Shown piece after piece: positions 32,460-39,219 of a stretch of 39,219 nucleotides of DNA. Both the position numbers and the translations under genes were made by a program. Numbering within the stretch: position 1 is the stretch's first letter; each line of letters begins with the position of its first letter. This DNA is from an uncultured Eubacteriales bacterium (GTDB lineage: Bacteria > Bacillota > Clostridia > Oscillospirales > CAG-272), in assembly GCA_934477985.1 (NCBI GenBank), contig CAKSOR010000001.1, forward strand, positions 1 through 39,219. Reading direction: 5' to 3'. The notes under the pieces were generated by a model that saw nothing but the letters and a program-made list of their open reading frames with translations, ran no database searches and was not told the DNA's origin.

Positions 32460-34148
32460 ATGAAACTCACCGAAAAATTCGGCGTGAAGCCGTTTGACAC
32501 CGATCCCAGAAAACGTTATTATCTCCGTCCGACAAGAATAGTCACAACGTCGGGCGACGTCTCCCACCCCGAGGAGATGCTGAAGGACCGCGCGGGTCAG
32601 ATTTCCTTCGACTCGACCGGCTGTACGATACTCAGAAAGGGCGGCATGATCCTCGTCGACTTCGGGCGCGAGATACACGGAAGCGTCCGTCTGCTTGTCC
32701 AGTGGACGAAGCCAAAGCGCGTCACGGTGAATGTCCGCTTTGGCGAGTCGGTCACCGAGGCTCTGACTCCGACACCGGAAAAGGGCTCGACCAACGACCA
32801 CGCGAACCGCGATTTCAGACTCACTCTGAGCGGCTTTTCGGGCACGGACACAAATGAGTCGGGCTTCCGCTTCGCCGCGATAGAGCTTGCCGACGGCGAG
32901 GAAATCGCCCTGAAAGCGATTGAGGGCGTGCTGATAATCCGCGACATAGAGTATGTCGGCTCATTCGGCTGCTCCGACCCCGAGATCACTAAAATCTACG
33001 ACACGGCGGCTTACACGGCTCACCTCAACATGCAGGAGTACATGTGGGACGGCATCAAGCGCGACCGGCTTGTCTGGATAGGCGACATGCACCCTGAGGT
33101 CATGACAATCTGCTCGGTCTTCGGAGACAATGAGGTCGTGCCGCGCAGCCTTGACTCGGTCAGGGACGTGACCCCGCTCACCGCGAAGTCGGAGGGTCAG
33201 CGCGCGATGTGGATGAACGGCGTTCCGTCCTACACGATCTGGTGGCTTATGTGCCAGCGCGACTACTACATGCAGAACGGAAACCTTGAGTACCTGAAGG
33301 AGCAGAAGGAGTACATAAAAGAACTCGCTCCGGTGCTCTGTTCGCTCGTGAAGGACGACGGAAGCGAGAACTTCCCGGAGTGGAGATTCCTCGACTGGCC
33401 GACCAACGACGACCCGGTCGCAAAGCACTGCGGACTCCAGGGACTTCTGTCGCTCGGACTTGGAACAGTTGCGTATTTCTGCGACATATTCGGCGAGGAA
33501 GAGATAGCAACTGAGTGCCGCGCGAAGATGGATTTAATGAAAAAGCACATCCCCGAGCTGAAAGCGAAATCGGCTTCGTCGGTACTCGCGCTCTCCGGCA
33601 TAGTCGACGCGAAGAAGATCGACGACGAGGTGCTGAGCGTGAACGGCGCGCACGGCTACTCGACCTACTACTCCTACTATATAATGGCGGCGAAGGTGAT
33701 GGCGGGCAGGACGGCTGAGGCTCTGCGCGATATGAAGGAATACTACGGCGCGATGCTTAAGCTCGGCGCGACGACCTTCTGGGAGGACTTCGACCTTGAC
33801 TGGACGGTAAACGACAAGGGAGAGTTCGACGCGCACGGCATCGACGAGATTGTCCCGGAGGGCGGCAAGGACATACACGCCGACTTCGGAAAGTACTGCT
33901 ATGTCGGACTCAGACACAGCCTCTGCCACGGCTGGTCGTCAGGACCCTGCACCTTCATCGCAAGGCATATCCTCGGCGTGAAGATCCTCGAAGCCGGATG
34001 CAAAAAAATCGAGGTCAAGCCGAACCTCTGCGGGCTCGACTGGATTCGCGGCGCATACCCGACGCCCTTCGGCAAGGTTGAGATCTACGCCGACAAGGAC
34101 GGAAAGGTCGAGATAAAAGCGCCCGACGAAATTGAAATCGTGAGATAA
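32460..34148 (+). CDS. Six-hairpin glycosidase, alpha-L-rhamnosidase (GH78)-like, 562 aa
   Basis: Track ORF trimmed to Met50, with GAGGAGGA upstream. WDGIKRDRLVWIGDMH resembles the GH78 DCPQRDERLGWTGD block. The C-terminus is SLCHGWSSGPCTFIARHILGVKI...GAYPTPFGKVEI. The exact family is uncertain. Confidence 0.7.
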   Translation: MKLTEKFGVKPFDTDPRKRYYLRPTRIVTTSGDVSHPEEMLKDRAGQISFDSTGCTILRKGGMILVDFGREIHGSVRLLVQWTKPKRVTVNVRFGESVTEALTPTPEKGSTNDHANRDFRLTLSGFSGTDTNESGFRFAAIELADGEEIALKAIEGVLIIRDIEYVGSFGCSDPEITKIYDTAAYTAHLNMQEYMWDGIKRDRLVWIGDMHPEVMTICSVFGDNEVVPRSLDSVRDVTPLTAKSEGQRAMWMNGVPSYTIWWLMCQRDYYMQNGNLEYLKEQKEYIKELAPVLCSLVKDDGSENFPEWRFLDWPTNDDPVAKHCGLQGLLSLGLGTVAYFCDIFGEEEIATECRAKMDLMKKHIPELKAKSASSVLALSGIVDAKKIDDEVLSVNGAHGYSTYYSYYIMAAKVMAGRTAEALRDMKEYYGAMLKLGATTFWEDFDLDWTVNDKGEFDAHGIDEIVPEGGKDIHADFGKYCYVGLRHSLCHGWSSGPCTFIARHILGVKILEAGCKKIEVKPNLCGLDWIRGAYPTPFGKVEIYADKDGKVEIKAPDEIEIVR

Positions 34149-34173
34149 TTTAATCCACAGCTCTGTGTAAAAA

Positions 34174-34203
34174 AGTCCCTCCCCGGGAGACCGGAGAGGG
34201 ACT
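34174..34203. terminator. Bidirectional rho-independent terminator
   Basis: AGTCCCTCCCCGG / CCGGAGAGGGACT stem (13 bp, one mismatch) with a GAGA loop. AAAAA lies upstream and GCTTTATTT downstream. It sits between convergent genes. Confidence 0.7.
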
Positions 34204-34206
34204 GCT

Positions 34207-35493
34207 TTATTTCAGCTTGGTCGTGCCAAGGTTAGGGGAGAACTCATCACTGTAGACACCGTACTGTAATCGCGCGCTGTCGGGCTTCACGATGATTTCA
34301 GTTCCCGGCTCGAGAACGATGTCTCCGCCGGTCGAAAAGTCGTACATACAGACCTCGCCTCCCGCGCTGTAGACCAATGTCAGCTGAGCCTTCGCCGAAA
34401 TATGCTCGCCGCTATTCATGTCGTACTCATAGTCGCGCCGGACATATCCGACCGCGTCGACAAGCGCTCCTTCGATCTTCTCGCCCGATTTGTTCTCAAA
34501 CTCGCAATCAAAGCTCAGCCGGTCGCCGTTCGTCACCGACTTCAGCCGCACCGAAAGCCCGCCGCTTTCCCAGAGCACGAGGTCATACGCAACCGTTTCG
34601 CCCTTTTCGGGAATCGTCACCTTCACGTCAGGCAGAGTGTCGCGGTTCTCGCGGAAACCGAGCATATATGTCAGTACCTTCAGGGCGACCTTGTCGATCG
34701 ACTTTCCGTGTGTCGCGTTGTTGACCTTCACGACGTCGGCGTAAACCTTCCCACTGCCGACGAGCGTCAGATTACCGGACATCCAGCCGCGCCCGTCGTC
34801 GGTCTCAGCCGCGAAAGCTCCGTAAGCGGTCACCGAAACGCCGCTTTTCGTGAGCCCGAGCATGAAATCGTCCTTTATCTCCGCCGCCCAGAGGTCGTCG
34901 CTCTCCGAGACCTGAATCAGCTCAATCTGCTTCTTTCCGTACTTTATCGTCCCACCGCGTCTTGACGTTCTCGCGTCGGTGAGCTCCACAGCCGCTTCAT
35001 AGCCATTCGAGCGGAGGATGACGCTGTCGCCGGCTTCAACACCTCTGAACGTGTAGGTCGTGTAGCCGATCGTCGCGCCGCCCCAGTTCGGGTCGTCGTA
35101 GATAACACCGTTTATCTCGGCGGTCAGATCCTCGAGCTCCTTTGGCGGGATTCCCTGCCTTGCGTCGGCAGGGTCGATTTCAACCTCGTTTTCGCGCCAG
35201 AGCCAGACGGTCAGCAGATTCTCGTCCGACTCGGTGAGTATGACCGAATCAACTATGACATCGCCGAGCCGCACAGTATCCTTCGCCGTCAGAACCTTCA
35301 CCCCGCCGTCGACAATCCCGACTCCGGGCGCGAAGTACCTGAACCCGACCGCCGCGACTCCGAGCGCGAGCAGTATTGCGCAGGCGGCGACAAGCGGCAC
35401 TGTTTTCAGCTTCAGTCTCTTTTTCGTGTAGTTCTCCGCCTCGTCGAGATACTTTTCCTCGACAAATCCGAGCGCTTCGTTAAGCTTACTCAA
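34207..35493 (-). CDS. Single-pass membrane protein downstream of the ECF sigma factor (putative anti-sigma / sigma-associated sensor)
   Basis: 428 aa with an 8-nt overlap with the sigma gene. A short cytoplasmic N-terminus (LNEALGFVEEKYLDEAENY) is followed by one TM helix and a domain of about 370 aa outside the membrane. No zinc-finger anti-sigma motif was seen. Confidence 0.65.
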   Translation of the reverse strand: MSKLNEALGFVEEKYLDEAENYTKKRLKLKTVPLVAACAILLALGVAAVGFRYFAPGVGIVDGGVKVLTAKDTVRLGDVIVDSVILTESDENLLTVWLWRENEVEIDPADARQGIPPKELEDLTAEINGVIYDDPNWGGATIGYTTYTFRGVEAGDSVILRSNGYEAAVELTDARTSRRGGTIKYGKKQIELIQVSESDDLWAAEIKDDFMLGLTKSGVSVTAYGAFAAETDDGRGWMSGNLTLVGSGKVYADVVKVNNATHGKSIDKVALKVLTYMLGFRENRDTLPDVKVTIPEKGETVAYDLVLWESGGLSVRLKSVTNGDRLSFDCEFENKSGEKIEGALVDAVGYVRRDYEYDMNSGEHISAKAQLTLVYSAGGEVCMYDFSTGGDIVLEPGTEIIVKPDSARLQYGVYSDEFSPNLGTTKLK

Positions 35494-36031
35494 TGTAATC
35501 CCTCTCTTTCAGATAAGTTCTGAGCCGACCGCGAAGCCGGTACAGCTTCACGTTGAGGCTGTTCACCGTGATTCCGAGCCGCGCGGCGAGCTCTCCCGGC
35601 TCTTCGGCAAGGACATAGCGACGGATGAACATCACCCGCTCCTCGCGCCGCAGATTACCTAAGAAGCCGTTTATCGCCCCTCCGAGCTCCTTTGCCTCGA
35701 GCTTCTCAGAGATTTCATCGTCCGACGCGACCTCAAGAAGCTCGTCGAGCGGGATCGCCGTCCCGCGCTTTTTCGCAGCCATCAACTCGACGCGGTTCAG
35801 AGCGAGCCGACGCGCGATCATAGCCGAATACGACTTCACCGAGTCGGGTTTAGCGGGCGGAATGCTGTCCCAGAGCTTTCTTAAAACGTCGTTGTGAATC
35901 TCCTCGGCGTCCTCGGCGCTCCGCGTGATATTCCGCGCGACTGAGGTTATCAGCCGCCCGCAGAGCCGGTCGACATCGGCAAGCACAGTCTCGTCGCGCG
36001 ACTCAAAGCGCATGTATAAATTGTCGTCCAT
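35486..36031 (-). CDS. RNA polymerase sigma-70 family, ECF-type sigma factor
   Basis: 181 aa. Region 2-like (ITRSAEDAEEIHNDVLRKLWDSI) and region 4 HTH (REERVMFIRRYVLAEEPGELAARLGITVNSLNVKLYRLRGRLRTYL). Confidence 0.88.
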   Translation of the reverse strand: MDDNLYMRFESRDETVLADVDRLCGRLITSVARNITRSAEDAEEIHNDVLRKLWDSIPPAKPDSVKSYSAMIARRLALNRVELMAAKKRGTAIPLDELLEVASDDEISEKLEAKELGGAINGFLGNLRREERVMFIRRYVLAEEPGELAARLGITVNSLNVKLYRLRGRLRTYLKERDYIE

Positions 36032-36149
36032 CGTATCAGTCCTTTCGTGTGGTTTTGCACGTGCACTTATATAAACAGGAAAAAACCGCGATAATTACAG
36101 CTTCGCGAAAAATTCAACCTCCGGTTGTATTTTCCCGAAAACCGCGTCA

Positions 36150-36178
36150 TTGACACCCGACCGCTTTTATGATATAAT
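36150..36178 (+). promoter_or_regulatory. Promoter of the XRE-TPR gene: TTGACA (36150-36155), 17 nt, extended TGA-TATAAT (36170-36178)
   Basis: Read directly. Both hexamers are consensus. Confidence 0.6.
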
Positions 36179-36204
36179 TTTATCACAGAAAGGAGCGATA
36201 GTCA

Positions 36205-37200
36205 ATGAATTTAGGATCAAAGATTCGCGAGCTGCGTAAAAATAAGCGGCTCACACAGGAGGAGCTCGCCGCGAAGCTCAATGTCTCACCGCAGGCGGTC
36301 AGCAAGTGGGAATCCGCGGTTTGTCAACCCGACATCGCGCAGCTTCCGGTCTTAGCGAACTTCTTCGGAGTCAGTCTCGACACGCTGTTCGGTCGCGACG
36401 CAAGCGAGGTCGAGCGGAAAATCGAAGCCATCATAAAGGAACACGAGAACTGTTTCTGGAGCGACCGCGCAAAATGCGAGCCGCTTCTCACGAACGCGCT
36501 GAAAGAGTTCCCCGACAACGAGCGGCTGATGATCGAGCTCGCCGAGCTCTATATGTCCGAAGCGCCCGAAAAGGCTCTGCCGATAGCCGAAACGCTCGCG
36601 AACACCGCGGACGATTTTCTGATCGAAGGCAGAGCCAAACGCCTGCTCGCAAAGCTCTACACCGACGCCGGACGGAATTCCGACGCTCTGCGGGTCGTCG
36701 AGTCGCTTCCGGAGCTCGGCTCGCTCGATGTGAACGACCGCCTGCGCGTCGGCGCCGGACAGCTTTCGGGCGAGGACAGGCTGCGATTCGCAAATGACCT
36801 GAAATGGCAGACCGTACAGGATCTCTTCATGACCTGCGCCGACTAGGGCAGCGGCTATCTGCAAACCGGACAGTTCGAAGCGGCGCTTGAGTCGTTCGGC
36901 AAAGAGCGTGCGGTAATCGAGCTCTTCATGCTCTCGGATGAGATTTGTCTCGAAAGCTACAAATGGAGCGGCACGCGGGCAAACCACTGGGGAGCGTGCC
37001 TCAGCGAGGCGCTGTGCCTGTTCCGGCTCGGGCGGGATAACGAAGCGAAGGAAAAACTCGACCGCGCGAAATACATCCTGCGCCGCTCGAACGTCAGCCG
37101 CGACGGAACCGACTATTTCGCCGCCGAGCCGGAGAAATTCCTGACTCCGTTCCGTGAAGCGTATGAGGCGAAAGGACTTTGCGAATTCCTCCCGCTGTGA
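36205..37200 (+). pseudogene. XRE-family HTH plus TPR regulator interrupted by a single in-frame TAG (36844-36846)
   Basis: Track ORFs 36205..36846 and 36928..37200 are in the same frame (723 nt apart). Translating straight through gives ...LFMTCAD*GSGYLQTGQFEAALESFGKERAVIELFMLSDE..., so a TPR-like helix continues across the stop. The N-terminus LRKNKRLTQEELAAKLNVSPQAVSKWE is a Cro/C1 HTH. Confidence 0.7.
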
Positions 37201-37247
37201 TTTTTCGCCAGAAGATTTGCACAATCCGTTTTATTCCCGAAAAAGCC

Positions 37248-37276
37248 TTGCTTTCCCCGCCGGAGTATGATATAAT
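37248..37276 (+). promoter_or_regulatory. Promoter of the LVIVD-repeat gene: TTGCTT (37248-37253), 17 nt, extended TGA-TATAAT (37268-37276)
   Basis: Read directly. AAAGGA (37293-37298) precedes ATG 37307. Confidence 0.55.
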
Positions 37277-37306
37277 GGTCATACAAAAAGCGAAAGGAAT
37301 CACAAA

Positions 37307-39219
37307 ATGTCAATTCTCAACGGAGCTTACGCTCCCGAAACCCTGCTACCCGATCCCGCGCCGTTCGGTAAGTTTGATGTCACCGGAACTGTCGACCTCC
37401 CGAACGCCATGGACGCCGATACTCTCGATACCCCCGGCGGAAAGCTCCTTGTCGCCGCCGGACGCTGTAAATTGATGATACTCCGACTAAAAGACGGCGT
37501 TCCGGAGCTGATTTCCGAGCTCTCCGGGCTCGGCGACTCGCGCCAGATCATGATCTCGGACGGCTTTGCCTACGTCACCGCGCGCGCTGACGGGCTCTAT
37601 ATCTGCGACCTGCGCGACTACAGAAATCCGAAGCTCGTCCGCCGACTCGACACGCTTGAGCTCGCTACCGGAGTCTGCGCCGCCGACTGTCTGCTCGCCG
37701 TCACGAACCGCCACATGGGCTGCGAATTATGGGATGTCCGCGACCCTTATAATCCCGGCTGGCTGGGGAGCTTTTACTGCGGCGAGGCGCAGTCGGTCTG
37801 GCTTCACGAAAATAGCGCCTTCATCGGCGACTGGATGAACCGTCTCGTGCGGATATCCGACATCAGCAATCCCGCGAAAGCCGTGGAAATCTCGCGCTTT
37901 TCGGTCAACGGCTTTGCCGACGGAGTCTGTGTCGTTGAGTCGTCCGGACGCACGCTCTGTCTCTGCGCGACCGGACACCATTCGGCGAGACTTAAAAATC
38001 GCCGCAAGTACAAGAACTACGATTTCGTCACGCCTGAGATGCTCGCCGAGGGCTACGGCTGCGGTCACGGAGTCGAGATATTCGACGTCACCGACCCATA
38101 TGACCCAGAATACGTCTCGTCGATCAAATCCCCGCCGCATTTCGGCGGAATCGACTCCTGGCGGGTCTTCGCGGGCGAGGGCTTCTGCTACTTCACCGAC
38201 TCGATGAACGGCGTCTTCGAGCTCAATCTCACGGACATCCGGCATCCGCGCTTTTCGAAGAATTTCCGCCTTCCGATGCTCGGGCGGCAGAACCCGACTC
38301 CGCCGTCGATACAGTTAAGACGCCACGCGATAACCGGAGCGACGCTCATCGACGGCTTTGTCTGCGCGGCAGGCGAGACCGGAGTCACAATAGCGCGCGG
38401 AGTCGGCGGCAAACTCTCAAAGCCCTCGGCAAAGGTGAATTTTCCCGAAAAACCCGGTCGCGCCGGACAGTATCACTCCTTCGCGAAGCTCGGCGGCAGG
38501 CTTTTCATCGCCGCCGGGGACGACGGAATCATCGTCCGTGACGAGTCGGGCGAGAACAAGTTCGCGACCAGAGGCGCGTGCCTTGACATAATCGCGAAGA
38601 ACGGACTAATCATCACAGCCGAGAACGGCGAAGGCACGGCGGTCTATTCACCCGACCTCACCGAGCTCTCAAGACTTGACGCCGAACCACTGCGCCCGGT
38701 GCGCGAGATAGTCGACTGCGGAAAGTACATAGCGGCACAGCTCGGAAGCACGTTCGTTCAGGCGCTTGAGCTGACCGGAAACGCGTTGAGCAAAGTCGGC
38801 GAGCCGCTGTCAGTCGGACTCCTGTACCACCGTCATATCGCGCGGCATCCCGCCGGGGAATATCCGGTCACGCTCTCGCTTTCGGGCGGCCCCGCACTCC
38901 TTCTCAAGGAGAACGGATTTGCGCGGACTGAGTTCAGTCTCCGTGCCGAGACCTGCCCGATCGAGGAGGGCGCGGACGGCTGCAAAGGCGGACTGATACT
39001 CATCTTCAACGCCAAATACTGGTATCTCGACGACCCGACAAGCATCACAAACCTCCCCGATCCGATCCCCTGCCCCGGCGCGAGACTCAAGGGACAGCCC
39101 TTCGTCTGCGAAAATAAGCTCGCGCTCCTCAACCGCGTGAACGGCGTCGTCGAAATCATCGACATAACCGACCCGAAAGCGCCGGTGTTCGAGCGAAGGA
39201 TTGAGACGCGCACTCACCC
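37307..39219 (+). CDS. LVIVD-repeat beta-propeller protein, 3'-truncated by the window edge (more than 637 codons)
   Basis: Not in the supplied ORF track, presumably because there is no stop in the window. I translated the frame codon by codon from ATG 37307 to 39219 and found no stop. Recurrent LVIVD-type blades: GLYICDLRDYRNPKLV, CELWDVRDPYNPGWLG, LVRISDISNPAKAVEI, GVEIFDVTDPYDPEYV, VVEIIDITDPKAPV. No signal peptide. Confidence 0.8.
   Translation, partial: MSILNGAYAPETLLPDPAPFGKFDVTGTVDLPNAMDADTLDTPGGKLLVAAGRCKLMILRLKDGVPELISELSGLGDSRQIMISDGFAYVTARADGLYICDLRDYRNPKLVRRLDTLELATGVCAADCLLAVTNRHMGCELWDVRDPYNPGWLGSFYCGEAQSVWLHENSAFIGDWMNRLVRISDISNPAKAVEISRFSVNGFADGVCVVESSGRTLCLCATGHHSARLKNRRKYKNYDFVTPEMLAEGYGCGHGVEIFDVTDPYDPEYVSSIKSPPHFGGIDSWRVFAGEGFCYFTDSMNGVFELNLTDIRHPRFSKNFRLPMLGRQNPTPPSIQLRRHAITGATLIDGFVCAAGETGVTIARGVGGKLSKPSAKVNFPEKPGRAGQYHSFAKLGGRLFIAAGDDGIIVRDESGENKFATRGACLDIIAKNGLIITAENGEGTAVYSPDLTELSRLDAEPLRPVREIVDCGKYIAAQLGSTFVQALELTGNALSKVGEPLSVGLLYHRHIARHPAGEYPVTLSLSGGPALLLKENGFARTEFSLRAETCPIEEGADGCKGGLILIFNAKYWYLDDPTSITNLPDPIPCPGARLKGQPFVCENKLALLNRVNGVVEIIDITDPKAPVFERRIETRTH

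Noticed and set aside
36844-36846. Genome-wide TAG reassignment or pyrrolysine decoding as the main explanation for the in-frame amber codon
   Set aside because: I demoted this rather than excluding it. There is no pyl gene or suppressor tRNA in the window, TAG plausibly terminates the 16573..16755 ORF, and no other in-frame TAG was seen in the 35 other genes. A nonsense mutation or sequencing error is the simpler explanation.
36352-37224. 290-aa minus-strand ORF spanning the amber-interrupted regulator
   Set aside because: It lies antisense to a frame with a clear Cro/C1 HTH and TPR-like helices. It is Arg/Glu/Ala-rich and no promoter or RBS was seen. Its continuity across the TAG site is just a consequence of GC content.
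37727-39217. Minus-strand ORFs 37727..38245, 38810..39217 and 38833..39213, and short plus-strand ORFs at 37566 and 37914
   Set aside because: They overlap the long open frame-2 LVIVD ORF. Their composition is Arg/Ser/Pro-rich and no start signals were seen.
1-39219. CRISPR arrays, tRNA/rRNA genes, riboswitches upstream of nadA or the aro genes, and transposase or integrase genes
   Set aside because: No spaced direct repeats, cloverleaf-like segments or rRNA-like stretches were recognised on reading. The gaps before nadA (11 nt) and aroA (34 nt) are too short for a riboswitch. No ORF shows transposase or recombinase motifs.

Overview
This is a GC-rich, densely coding bacterial chromosomal window. 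It looks Firmicutes/Clostridia-like: AGGAGG-type ribosome-binding sites, lipobox lipoproteins, and many near-consensus TTGACA-17-TATAAT promoters. All family calls come from motifs recognised by eye, with no database search.

Layout:
- 149-12514: a carbohydrate locus. It holds an AraC regulator divergent from a GH127 beta-L-arabinofuranosidase, then a minus-strand operon (L-arabinose-isomerase-like, an unassigned 837-aa protein, a WbsX/GH99-like protein, an orphan solute-binding lipoprotein), then two overlapping AraC genes.
- 2927-3849, wedged into that locus: an AT-richer two-gene cassette with its own promoter. It encodes a stand-alone RelA/SpoT-homologue synthetase domain plus a translationally coupled 74-aa ORF. 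I consider this toxSAS-like toxin-antitoxin candidate the most interesting system here.
- 12543-16755: an envelope operon of two lipoproteins, DUF3137-like, LemA, DUF3137 and a 60-aa membrane peptide. It is followed by a 95-nt near-perfect rod-like inverted repeat.
- 16930-18738: a solo FAD-dependent oxidoreductase.
- 18911-29201: ten tightly packed or overlapping minus-strand genes mixing NAD synthesis (nadA, nadC, nadB), shikimate (aroB, aroA), MEP (ispE), DUF4097, a DUF362/2x[4Fe-4S] protein, a trigger-factor-like lipoprotein and an orphan Cys-rich protein.
- 29464-34148: an AI-2E transporter, a hicAB module, and an SGNH esterase plus GH78-like pair.
- 34207-37200: an ECF sigma with a membrane partner, and an XRE-TPR regulator split by one in-frame TAG.
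- 37307 to the window end: a long open-ended ORF that is absent from the supplied ORF track and encodes an LVIVD-repeat beta-propeller.

I recognised no rRNA, tRNA, CRISPR array, transposase or integrase. The many long antisense ORFs are GC-driven shadow frames.
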